A stretch of DNA of 64,000 nucleotides, from assembly GCF_009914755.1 (NCBI RefSeq), contig NC_060933.1, one strand, 5' to 3'. Positions within the stretch are counted from its first letter, which is position 1; the number at the start of each line of letters is the position of its first letter. Source of the stretch: the human T2T-CHM13v2.0 reference genome, Homo sapiens. The translations under genes were made by a program, and so were the position numbers. Of the stretch, positions 1 through 13,630 are shown piece by piece. The notes beneath the pieces were generated by a model that worked only from the letters and a program-made list of their open reading frames with translations, was not told the DNA's origin and ran no database searches.

Positions 1-1548
1 CATAAAAACAGACACATATATCAACAGAATAGAATACAGAACTCAGAAATAAATCCACACATCCACAGTTAACTCATTTTCAACAAAGGTGCCAAGAACA
101 CACATTGGGGAAGGAACAGTCTCTTCAGTAAATGGTGCTGAGAAAACTGGGTATCCATATATCAAAGAAAGAAACTAGAGTGCTATCTTTTACCATATGG
201 AAAAATCAAATCAAAATAATTAAAAAAGTTACATCTAAGACCTCATATTACGAAACTACTACAAGAAAACACTGGGGAAACTCTCCAGGACATTGGTCTG
301 AGCAAAGATTTCTTGAGTAATAGCCCAAAAGTATAGGCAACCAAAGAAAAAAATGAACAAATGGGATGATATCAAGTGAAAACTGCACAGCAAAGGAAAC
401 AATCAATAAGGTGAAAGACAGCCCACAGAATGGGAGAAAATATTTGCAAGCTACCCATCTGACAAGGGATTAATAACCAGAATATATAAGGAGCTCAAAC
501 AACTCAATACCAAAAAGATTCTAATAACCCCATTTAAAAATGGGCAAAAGATCTGAATAGACATTTCTCAAAAGAAGACATACAAATGGCAAACAGGTAT
601 ATAAGTAAGTGCTCAACATCATTGATCATCAGAGAAATGCAAATCAAAACTACAATGAGATGTCATCTCACCCCAGTTAAAATGGCTTTTATCCAAAAGT
701 CAGGCAATAACAAATGCTGACAAAGATGTGGAGAAAGGGAAACCCTCGTATGTTACTGGTGGAAATGTAAATTAATACGACCACTATGGGGAACAATATG
801 GAGATTCCTCAAAACACTAAAGCTAGAACTACCATATGATCCGGCTATCCAAGGAAAGGTATACACCCAAAAGAAAGGAAATCAGTATATTGAAGAGACA
901 TCTGTACTCCCATGTTTATTTCAGCACTATTCACAATAGCCAAGATGTGGAAACAACCTGTGTCCATCAACAGACTAATGGATAAAGAAAATGTGGTACA
1001 TATACACAATGGAGTAGTATTCAGCCATTAAAAAAAATGAGATCTTACCATTAGAAACAACATGGATGGAACTGGAGGACATTATGTTAAGTGAAATAAG
1101 CCAGGCACAGAAAGACAAACTTTGCATGTTCTCACTCATTTGTGAGAACTAAAATTAAAAACAAAAAAAAAATTGAACTAATCGAGCTAGAGGATAGAAT
1201 GATAGTTGTTATCAGAGGCTAGGAAGGGCAGTGGAGAAGAAGGGGAAAAGAGGGGTTGGTTAATAGGCACAAAAATATAATTAGATAAAATGAATAACAT
1301 CTAGTATTTGATAGCAAAAGAGAGTGACTACAGTCAACAATTTACTGTATATTTAAAATAACTAAAAGAGCATAATTGAAAAGTTCATAACACAAAGAAA
1401 TAATAAATGCTTGAGGTGATGGATTCCTCATTTACCCTGATGTGATTATTACACATCGCATACTTGTATCAAAATATCTCATGTACCTCATAAATATATA
1501 CACCTACTATGTACCCATAAAAATTCGAAATAAAAAAAATTAAAAAAT
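1..1548 (+). mobile_element. LINE-1 3' portion (decayed ORF2 C-terminus + 3'UTR + A-rich tail), L1MA2-4-like; 5' part lies outside the window
   Basis: ORF2-type text (CTCACCCCAGTTAAAATGGC, GAAAATGTGGTACATATACAC) followed by an L1MA-type 3'UTR ending TACACCTACTATGTACCCATAAAAATT and an A-rich tail; many stops. Confidence 0.9.
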
Positions 1549-3432
1549 AAGTTCAGTCAAGCAGGTTACAAGATTAATATACAAAAATCAACTGTATTTC
1601 TATTTACTAGCAATGAACAATCAGAAAATAAAATTTGAAAACCATTCCTTTGTGCAGTATTAAAAACTGTATTTACAGAATTAAAAAAAACACTTAGGAA
1701 TAAATTTAACAAAAGAAGCATAAGACTTGAACACTAAAAACTACAGAATATCATTCAAAGAAATTAAAGAAGGCCTGTGTAAATGTGAAGACATCCTGTA
1801 TTCATGGACTGGAAGGCTTAACACTGTTAAACTGGAAATATTCCCAAATTTATCTGTAGATTCAAAATCTCTATTAAAATATCCGATGATTTGTTTTACA
1901 GAAATTGACAAGCTGCTCCTAAAATTCACATGGAAATGAAAGGCATCCAGAATAGCCAAAACAATATTTAAAAAGAAAAAAAAGCTGGAGTACTTATACA
2001 TTCTGATTTCAAAATTTATTACAGAGCTATGGTAATCAAGACTGTGAGACACCAGTATGAGGACAGATGTAGATCAATGAAATAAAATTGACAGCCCAGA
2101 AATAAACTCATACATTTATGGTCAATTGTTTTTCAAGGAGGGTGCCAAGAAAATACAGTGGGGACAGAATACTCTCTGTAACAAAAGACTCTTTATCAAA
2201 TGGAACACTTGGGTAGCCTCGTCAAGTGAATAAAGTGGGACCCCTATATCACACCATGTATAAAAATTAAAATAGGTCATTAAAGACCTAAATGTAAAGG
2301 CTAAAACTATAAAACTATAAGAAGAAGACATAAGAGAAAATCTTTAAGACCTTGGATTAGGCAGTAGTTTTCTTGGATATTACATTAAAAGCATAAGCAA
2401 ACAAAAAACATACATAAATTGGACTTTATCAAAATTTAAAACTTTTGTGCCTCAAAGAACACTATCAAAAAAGTCAAAAGACAACTCATAAAATTAGATA
2501 AAATGTTTACAGATTTCATATCTCATAAAGGTGTCATGTCTAGAATATATAAAGTAGCATTACAACTGAACAATTTACGAAGCACAATTTAAAAATGGAC
2601 AAAAGATTTAGACATTTCTCTAAAAAAAAGACATTCAAATGGCTAATAAGCACATGAAAATATGCTTGACATCATGTTATTAGGAGAATGCAAATAAAAA
2701 CCACAATGAGACACCACTTCATACCCACTAAAATAGCGATAGTCAAAAAGACACAAAATAGCAAGTGTTAGCAAGGATATGGAGAAATTGAAATCCTCAT
2801 ATATTGGTGGTGGAAATGCAGAACGGTGCAGCCATATTGGAAAACAGTTTGGTAGTTCCTCTCAAAGTTACACACAGAGTTATCATATGACCCAGCAATT
2901 CCATTCCAAGCTATCTAACCAAGAGAACTGAAAACGTATCTCCACAGAAAGACTTGCATAAAAATTTTCATAGCAACATTATTCACAACAGCCAAAAAGT
3001 GAAAAATGACCCAATATCCATCAACTGATGAATGAATAAACGAAAGGTGGTATATCTAAATAACTGAATATTACTTGCCATAAAAAGGAATGAAGTCCTT
3101 ATTCAAGCTACAATATTCACTGAGCCTTGAAAACATGCTAAGTGAAAGAATCCAGACACAAAGGACATATATTGCATGATTCCACTTATATGAAATGTCC
3201 ACAATAGGCAAATTCCTAGAGATAAAAAGTAGATTAGTGGTTGCCAGGGGTTGGGAGGAAGGGGCAATGGAAATGACTGTTAATGGGTTACAGAGTTTCT
3301 TTTTCGGGTGATGAAAATGTTCTGGAATTACTTGTGATGGTTGTGCAACTTTGTTAATATCTATAACATAAAATCCACTGAATTGTAGCCTTAAAAAGGT
3401 GAATTTCATGGTATGTGAATTATATGTCAAAC
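1549..3432 (+). mobile_element. Older LINE-1 fragment (ORF2 3' half + 3'UTR), L1MB7/8-like
   Basis: ORF 1727..1939 resembles ORF2p (IKEGLCKCEDILYSWTGRLN); L1MB-type 3'UTR AGATTAGTGGTTGCCAGGGG...GGTATGTGAATTATAT. Confidence 0.85.
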
Positions 3433-3699
3433 AAACAGAAAAACCAAAACCAGTGGAGTCAGGAGGATCCTGCCTCGTTAATGATGGCATGGTTCTCCTT
3501 TATCTTTAGCTTTTTTATTTTTGAGTTTGAGCAACATCTCCCACCCCAACCCTTTGCGCGTATTTCCTCATTTAAGTAGAAAGTGTTACTTATAGAGGAA
3601 ATATGGAACCTTCAGTGAAATCTTAAGTGAATAGCTATGGCTTTTTAAAATTTGTAAATGTAGGATCCGAGGATTGCAAAGGAACTATATGGTGCAGAG

Positions 3700-3915
3700 T
3701 TTAGGGTCATGGATGTATAAGCGGGGAAAGTTCTTTGTTTAAAGATGGTCTCTGCTGCTTGCAGGCTTGTGACACTGGGTGAGTACTTGGTCTCCTCCAG
3801 CCTTAGTTTCTTTGTCAGTAAAATAAACAGAGTTCCATCTGCCACACTGGGCTGTTAGGAGGATTCTGTAGCGTAGATAAGATGCCCTTAGCCCATTTCT
3901 TAACAAATGGTAACA
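3700..3915 (+). mobile_element. MIR relic
   Basis: Degenerate MIR core (TGTGACACTGGGTGAGTACTT...CCTTAGTTTCTTTGTCAGTAAAAT). Confidence 0.55.
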
Positions 3916-4019
3916 GCACAATACATAGTTATTATAGAACAACCATTCTTAATGATCCTCATCAGCATTTCCTATTTTTTGGCTAAACAGAAATAATTGT
4001 ATTCAATCTAGTGGGGGAA

Positions 4020-4392
4020 TTCACCTTGAACCTCTGGCATGTTCCCAATAATGTGCACATCCTCCTCTCTCTGCCTGGAATAATTTCTCCCCAGTTCCTT
4101 CCCTCACCTCCTTTTCCATGAAGTTCCCTTTTTAAATTTTGACCATACCCCAAATGGTACATTTCAAATACAATTTACCCAGCTTTATTTTTCCTTCACA
4201 AGATTTATAATCTTCTAATATATTATATAATTTACTTATTTATTATATTTATTGATTTTATTTTCCACTCCCACTTGAATACAAAATTCATGAGAACAGG
4301 ATTTAGTCTGTTTTATTCACTAATATATCCCCAGTGCCAAAAATTGTGCCAGACCACATAGTAGGACCTCAAAAACTGTTCTTTGAATATAT
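4020..4392 (+). mobile_element. L2 3' end
   Basis: ATATCCCCAGTGCC...CACATAGTAGGACCTCAAAAACTGTTCTTTGAAT matches the L2a terminus. Confidence 0.7.
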
Positions 4393-4498
4393 GTGTGTGT
4401 AAAATACACATATTTATATACATGTATACGCATATATATATGTACACATATATAGGTGTATACTTGTTTATATGTACACACATGCACACACACATATA
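4389..4498. repeat. (TA/CA/TG)n low-complexity tract
   Basis: Alternating purine-pyrimidine dinucleotides visible directly. Confidence 0.8.
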
Positions 4499-4564
4499 AA
4501 AATCTGTGCACCTAGATTGTGGTCTCTCCTACATAAAAGCTATCCATGGCATCTCACTCCTAGA

Positions 4565-4870
4565 ATATTATTTCTTCCCTCTTCATCTGGGACCATGTGA
4601 TTTTTTTCCATCCAGTGAACTGTGGGTTAAGATTTCGTATGCCTTCTCCAGCCTTCTCTTCCCATCTCATAGGCCAATGTATTCCAGAAGGTATATTCAT
4701 GATTCAATAGAGGGCCTCCATCAGTGTGGATCCCTGAGTGACTGTTGGAATAGAGCTTCCTGCCAACCTGTAGTAGGTATGTCCAGTGAGTGACGATTAA
4801 CGCTTTGTTATGTTATGCACTAAAGTTTTTGTGTTAACTCAGCATAGCTTAGCCTATCCTGACTTACGCA
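4565..4870 (+). mobile_element. MLT1 (ERVL-MaLR) LTR relic, MLT1H-J-like
   Basis: GGATCCCTGAGTGACTG...CAGCATAGCTTAGCCTATCCTGAC resembles the MLT1 3' end. Confidence 0.6.
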
Positions 4871-4954
4871 TGCCTCATTCACAGATGGACGACAACAGTG
4901 AGAAACCCATTCTAGAACTATTGATCACACAACCATGTATTTTGCACATATTTT

Positions 4955-5430
4955 AGGTCAGGCATCTTGCAAGGAGCTTTAAATGAATTGCCTCTGATCC
5001 TCATGTTGGCCTGTTAAATAATGGTTATTATCACCATTTTATAATTGAAGAAACTAAAGCTCTGGTTTGGCATGATTTGCCCAAGCTCATCCAACCGGTA
5101 ATTGGCAAGCCAGGGTTTAAACCCAAGCCTGATTCTAAAGACCACTCTCTTTCTGCTACAATTTGAGCCCCCATGGGACATTTTTAAAATGTCCTCATAT
5201 GTAAAACCTTTGAACTGATGAAGCACATATAATGTGCTAGGAGGCTATCTAACTTCACCACAATCCCATGAAGTAGGTTTTATCATTGTCTTCCTTTTAC
5301 ACAGGAAGAAATGGGAGCACAGTGAGCTTCAGCAACTTGCCCAGTATGTCCTGGCTAGGATATACAGAGCAATGATTCAAACCCAAACAGCTTGGCTTCA
5401 GAGCCAGGGCTCTTAACCTTCTGCCATGCT
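4955..5430 (-). mobile_element. Two adjacent MIR relics
   Basis: Two reverse MIR cores (GATTTGCCCAAG...GGGTTTAAACCCAAG; CAACTTGCCCAG...GATTCAAACCCAAACAG). Confidence 0.65.
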
Positions 5431-5796
5431 ACATCTCAATTCTTTGGGAATCCCTGTCTTAATCCATGCCATGCAATAATAATCCTGTATTCTTCTTGAA
5501 AAGTACAGAGAAAGGAGAATTTCTTGCCTTACAAGGGGCAGGTGTAGAAAAATCACCAGGATTATACTGTGGAATAAAGAATGTCTGAAATGAAAGTTCA
5601 ATGCTTTACTCTAAACTCACTGTTGACTCCCTGACTCTTCAAGCCGATAAGCTCAAAGAGGTCAGTAGGTTTGGTGATAATATAGGAACGATGGGATAAT
5701 ATTCTTTTCCTTGGGTTAAGGGAAGTTCTAGCTTTTTACCTCAACAGGCCTTCTTATCCTCCTAGGATTGCTCTTTAAGGGTAAGTGTTGGGTGAG

Positions 5797-5798
<2 letters not shown>

Positions 5799-5830
<32 letters not shown>
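5799..5830 (+). repeat. (TG)16 microsatellite
   Basis: Perfect dinucleotide run. Confidence 0.95.
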
Positions 5831-5832
<2 letters not shown>

Positions 5833-5859
5833 TGCCCATATATACAATTTGCATATGGC

Positions 5860-7135
<1,276 letters not shown>

Positions 7136-8011
7136 TATATTTGTCAGTGTGTGGACATTATGACAAATGTCATAATGTATAGCTATATAAACAAATATAT
7201 ATATATATCTGTATGTCTGAGGCTGTGTATCCCTAAGCCTGGTAATAATATGGGAGGATGGGTAAGTGTGGCACCCATGTATGTGAAGTGGCAATGCAGC
7301 ACAGAGTTATGCACTTGGTTTTCTAAGTCATATAGATTTTTGTGAGGATTATTTGTTTGCTATTCACTAATTGTGATTTGAACACAATAGCATCATCTCT
7401 CTAGGACTCACTTCCATCAATGGTAATGCATAGATATTGATGTTACTAGTGTCCTGGAATCATTGTAAAATACTAGTAAAGGCTTAGCAGAGTGACTGGC
7501 CCACAGCATTCAATATGTTGGTTATAATTATCTTCCTTGAGAGCAGTTATGTGGTCCATTCATGTATGGATGTTTGTGCTGAAGCATATCCCTGAGTATT
7601 GAGTATTCATGTAGCTGTGTGCATGTTGCATATATGGGAGTGGGGGTAGAATATGAGAAACTGCATGACTAACATATTGAGTTCTGTGTGCCAGTTGAGT
7701 CTCCAGAGAGCCTTTGTACTGGGCAATTTTGTTTCTGTTTTTTGTTTGTTTCCCATCTCTTACTGCTTTGAAGCTTGCTCTCTGGGACACACTGCTGGGG
7801 TCTCTACTTGCCTATAGGGATCAACTTACCATTTCTTCCCATCAACCACTCACTGATAAGTAAGTGTGAGGCACAATGGGTGCGATATGCCTGATGTCTA
7901 TTTTCCTAAGAAACTTGCAAAGAAGGTGCCTCTTCAACCCAACTGTTGCAGACTATATGAAGAGGCTCAGAGCAGGTCACTGCAGGTCTTTCCCTGTAGT
8001 CGTTATGGAGG

Positions 8012-8091
8012 GAATGACCTAGATATAGACCCGGCTCTGTGCTTCTGCCTAATGTTAATAGGGAGGATGTCACATTTGAGCATACCCTTAG
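8012..8091 (+). repeat. Local duplication copy A (80 bp; matches 9643-9722)
   Basis: 76/80 identity with 9643-9722 by manual alignment. Confidence 0.95.
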
Positions 8092-9642
8092 CACACCTGC
8101 CTGAGATGTGGCAGAGCACAAGTTTAAAATCCAAGTCTGTCTGCCTCCACCACGAAGGCTGCATACTCTCTATCATGCTGTCCCTTTTCACTACAGCCAG
8201 CAGGTTTGATTGTTGCTTTGAACTCAGGCGACCCTGTGCAGCCTTTGTCTAATATCTCAGAGCCCCAGCCACCAACCGGCTCCCTTTGCCCCATGAAGAT
8301 AAGCCTTTCTGGTCGACTGGACACATCAGCCTTAGAAACCTTGAGTTACCAGAATGGGAGCAACTGGCTGGCTGGGTACGGTTGGGGCATCCGGCCCTGA
8401 TAAGACCTCGCCACGGCTGGACAAGCTCTCAGAGACGTAAGGCTTTGCGTAAGCACAAGATTAGAAGAACACATTATTAAAATATTTATTTTCTTACAGG
8501 TATTGATTGACATAAAAGGGGGGAAGAGTTCCCAGGAGAGAGATAACATCCAGTGGTACTTTTTGTGACTTGGTTTTGAACATATCGTTATACAGAAATT
8601 AAATTACTATTAATAATAAATAATAACAATACAAGCTGCAAGTTGTCAGCTGGAAGCAGCTGCAGTTTCCATTTGCTTACATATGAAACTAAGGATCATG
8701 GCGCAAATTTAAAAGTAAGCAAGCAAACAAACACAAACCCACTTTGCTCTGCGGATTAGACTAATGCAGATTCAGGAGAGTGGCTGTGTTTTAGGCGAGA
8801 TGGGAGGGGCAGAATGGGGCTGAGAAGGCTACTTGATGAGTAGTCTTCAAGTGTGTCTTTAATTTCCTTTAGGAGAAAATAAAGAGCTCTGAAGCAAATG
8901 TGACAGTACTGACATGCAGTAATCCTGAATAATGACACGTGGTGGCTTATTGTACTTTCTCCATACTTTCTTTATTTCAGTATTCATGATTAAAACAAAT
9001 GAACACATCCCTGACACCTATCAATTTATACTTTGCAAAGCGTATTGCACAAATAACCTTGAAAGCAAGACAAAGCAGGGTTTATTGCCCACATTTTACA
9101 TTCAGTGAACTTGCTGTTTGCGGGGAGGGTGGGAAGCGGGCTTTTGAATCAAGGACGCATAGTGGAAGAGTGATAGAGCTGGTACTTAATCAACTGCTGG
9201 TCCAGGGCTCCTTATGCTGCATTCACCTTGACTTTGAAGACAAAACTGTTCCCCCTCTTGCAGAAAAATCTCTGTGAGGTTTGCATTGGTCCAAGGACTA
9301 AGACAGCATTAAGGCACTTCAGATCTCTAGCTTCTTGGCCAGTCCAGCCACCTTCTCTTATCTCTGCTCTGCAACAATGAGTCTTGACGTCATTGGCTCA
9401 GCAAACGTTTCTCAAAGGCTAGATATGAGGCTGGAACTTCTAGGCAGTTCCTTACAGCAGCCTGCTTCACAATTCCTACCAGCCCATTCTCTCTGTGACC
9501 TTCCTCACCTATTCTCTTTTCATAAATTTGGTTGCTGCCTCCAAGTAGGGTTTTCTACCTTCCCACACCTTCCTCAGACAGAACATCCAGTGTAAGATGA
9601 GGCAATGCAGGGCAGAAGTTCAGGTCCAGAGTTTTGGCATCA

Positions 9643-9823
9643 GAATGACCTAGATATGGACCCGGCTTTGTGCTTCTGCCCAGTGTTAATAGGGAGGATG
9701 TCACATTTGAGCATACCCTTAGAGAATAAATATGTGTTAGGTAAATAAAGGCAGGAGGAGGTCATGCCTGGTGCTAAAAACTTCCTTGTTCTCCCAAGCT
9801 TTTTTTTCTCCATAACCCATGAT
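9643..9823 (+). repeat. Local duplication copy B (MIR-derived 5' part + ~140 bp matching 12192-12333), inside a plus-strand MIR (~9620-9870)
   Basis: Manual alignment to both other copies; MIR-like text on both sides (GTTTTGGCATCAGAATGACC.. / ..CTGTTTTCTCATCTGTAGAATGGGGATAATAA). Confidence 0.9.
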
Positions 9824-10198
9824 TTGTGGGGCTTCTGTTTTCTCATCTGTAGAATGGGGATAATAAGACTCTGAGAATAACATTTTTTGCTATCAGTTTT
9901 GTTTGTTTTCCTTACCCAGACATTGTTACGCCTTCTTTTGGAAGCATGGTACCTATAGCCACTGATGAACTATTTCTGCAGTTCTCAATGTGGTTTGGGT
10001 GGGACTGTTCCTCTCATGTTCCTGCCTCTCACCAGAGGAGTGGTGACATCAGCCAAGCAAGGCAGCAAGAGTCCCTTCTTGAGGATTGATAGGGGTGCTG
10101 GAAAAGGGGTTTGGTGTGTTTCTTTCTTTCTGAGATTAAAAGCATGAAGGACTATCAAAGTCTACAGTTGCTAGGTTCCATCTTCATACCCCTCATAA

Positions 10199-10725
<527 letters not shown>

Positions 10726-11499
10726 GTAAATATCCTTTATAAAGTTGTTGTGATGATTAAACAAGATAATGTTTTTAAATCACACATTAAACTTAATATC
10801 TGGCACATTTCTAAATATTCAAGAAATGGTAGGGTAGGTAGTTGTTATCATTAGCAGGACTGTAGTGAACTCTTTTCCCAGAATGAAGTTTGCTCCTACG
10901 ATTGGCTCTGCAGCTCAGCCTAGTGATGAGCAAACAAAACCTCTGTCACTGCCTGGCCACACAACGTTGGCTAGGTCTCTTTCTACCTGGTGCAGAACCA
11001 AATTTCCAGGCTCTGGGAAAGACCCATACCTGTTCAGAAAGGACTAGCTTCTCATTCCTCTGAGTGTCAGTACTGAGGACATGAAGCCGTGAATGACACT
11101 ATCATTATCAATACTTTACTTGCTGTTATCCCCACTGGAATGTGAGGTTTCTGGGGAAAGAAACCACAACTCATTCTTCTTTCAACCCTGCTAGCCTCTC
11201 ATATACTAGTGGCACTCCCAAAGGCTTTCTTTCCTTTTTCAGAAAGAGATGAGAGCTAATTACCTATAAAAATTAGTAAGGAAGAAATGGGGACTTTTGC
11301 CAACTCAAATAGGCTTACTTATTGTTTATCCTCCACAGGACAGTTATAGTACATAGGACGTGTTAGGAGAAAGTTTCCTGGTTGTCACCAGTACTACTCT
11401 ACCTTGGGCCCACCTAAGAGGCAAGGAATTGGAGTAGAGTTCTTACCAACCAGCATCAGGAAGGATGCTCATGTACACAGAGGAATTGTCTGTGGCTCA

Positions 11500-12185
11500 T
11501 CTCTCACCCTCTGTTAATCTGACACTGAAGATTTTAATCTCCCTTCTTTCTTCCAACTCTTGCCTACACTAGCCCTCACTGGCTCTCATCCAGGCTTTGG
11601 GAACAGCTTCCCAAATTACTTCCTATAGTTTTGTCACACCTCTAATCTGTTGCTAGTGTATTAGCCAGAGTGATCTTCCTAAAGAGCAAATCTGACAATG
11701 TCAACTGAGCAGCCGGCTCATGACCCTTAATAGCTCTCTTTACTTTCAAGATAAAGTCCACACTCCTTAGGTTGGCAAAATAGTCCCTTATGATTTGAGC
11801 TCTACCAACTTCTTTCATCATCCGAATTTGTTCCTTTGCACCATAATAACTTGAGTAGGGGTTGCAAATGTGCCATGTTGCCTTGCTTCTCAGTAACTTT
11901 GCACATATGACCTCCTCTTCTTGGAAAATCATGTTTCCTTTTCTTGGTATCTGCATCTTAGTAATTCTGATCATTCTTTAAAACTTAAATAAAATGTCAT
12001 CCTTTCTAGGCAGCTTTCACTGGGCTGAAAGGCATTCTCTCGTCTGAACTCTCATATCATTGACCACATTTCATCGTGAGTTCCATGGAAGCAGAGACAA
12101 TGTCTCGTTCATCTCTGGGTTCCAAGAATGTAGTGCTGAGTTGTACAGAGAAAAAGGTACTCAAAAACTAATAGAATAAACAAAC
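11500..12185 (+). mobile_element. L2 fragment
   Basis: GCCAGAGTGATCTTCCTAAAGAGCAAATCTGAC...AGATAAAGTCCACACTCCTTAG and an L2-like 3' end. Confidence 0.65.
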
Positions 12186-12191
12186 GTTAAA

Positions 12192-12333
12192 TGTTAATAG
12201 GGAGGGTGTCACATTTAAACATACCCTTAGAGAATAAATGTGTGTTGGATAAATAAAGGCAGAAGGAAGTCATCCTGGCTGCTAAAAACTTCCTTGCTCT
12301 CTCAAGTGGTTTTTTTTTTCCATAGTCCATGAT
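12192..12333 (+). repeat. Local duplication copy C (probable source; matches 9684-9823)
   Basis: Roughly 85-88% identity to 9684-9823 by manual alignment, mostly transitions. Confidence 0.9.
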
Positions 12334-12479
12334 CTATATGACGTCATAGAACCAGTTCACCAATTTCAATTGGCTTGTGGTATAGTGGTTTATGTATACA
12401 ACTGGCTCCTCCCAGCAGAATAGAGAACTTTTTAGGGCAAACCCTGCCTCATTCCCCTGTGCCCCTTATAAAGCTCAGC

Positions 12480-12690
12480 AGGAGGGAATATAGTTCAGCG
12501 GGTCAGAGCCTGAGCTCTGAGGTCGGTCAGAAAAGACCTGCTTTCAAATGCTAGTTCTGCCACTTATTCCCTCAGTGACTTTGGCCAATTTATTGAACCT
12601 TCATGAGCCTTCATTTCTTCATCTCTAAAGTGAGAGGGGAAAAGTATCTGCCTAATAATTCTAGCTATGCTAAAATGTGATATTGCATAT
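12480..12690 (+). mobile_element. MIR
   Basis: TTCAAATGCTAGTTCTGCCACTTA...GCCTTCATTTCTTCATCTCTAAAGTG. Confidence 0.7.
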
Positions 12691-12925
12691 ATTCACTTAT
12701 GTATACAATACATACTTATTGAGTGTCTCTGTGTTTGTGCAATTGAGTGTACACAGATAAAACAAACACTATACCCCATAAACTGTCAAGTCTAACAGGG
12801 AACGTTAATACACACATAAATCTGTATTGTAATGTTTGATAATTGCAATAAAGAAAGGAGGTGAGGTACATAATTTAGATTATGGGTTCTGGGGATGCCA
12901 TTCTGAGGATGTAGATTTAGGCTGA

Positions 12926-13242
<317 letters not shown>

Positions 13243-13399
13243 TTAGGCTGAACACTGAAGGATGAATAGTGTTAACCCAGGGAAAAGATTCGGCGTGTTC
13301 TGAGGCCCTGTGAAGGGGAAGAGCGCATGCTGTGGTGTGAGCTAGGCTCCTTAAATGCTAATGTGACTTCTGGGGATGTTGGATCAGTTAATAACTAGG

Positions 13400-13630
13400 A
13401 AGTTAGACTCTAGAGACAAACTGTCTGAGTTCACATCCTGGCTCTGCTACTGACTTGTGGCATGGCTTTTGGTAAATTTTTTTGACTTCTTTGGGCTTTG
13501 GTTTTCTCATCTGCAAAATAGTGATAATAAAAAAACACTGTCTCATTGAGAAGGGTGGATGGATTAACTTACAGAAATTATTTAGAATGGTGCCTGGTAT
13601 ATTGAAAGCACTCTTTATATAATAGCCATT
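13400..13630 (+). mobile_element. MIR
   Basis: GAGTTCACATCCTGGCTCTGCTACTGAC...GGTTTTCTCATCTGCAAAAT...AGAATGGTGCCTGG. Confidence 0.75.

Noticed and set aside
5691-5780. Signal-peptide leader exon of a protein-coding gene (LLILLGLLFK, phase-1 donor)
   Set aside because: An in-frame TAG at 5729 leaves no ATG, and I found no downstream coding exons; kept only as a microexon candidate.
8485-8506. Recursive splice site (TTCTTACAG|GTATTG)
   Set aside because: The acceptor is good but the regenerated donor GTATTG is weak, and the host transcript is unknown.
8003-9846. Shared peptide KGMLKCDILPIN..QKH.AGSISRSF in two ORFs, suggesting paralogous small genes
   Set aside because: Explained by the 80-bp DNA duplication; part is MIR-derived and the flanking codons are unrelated.
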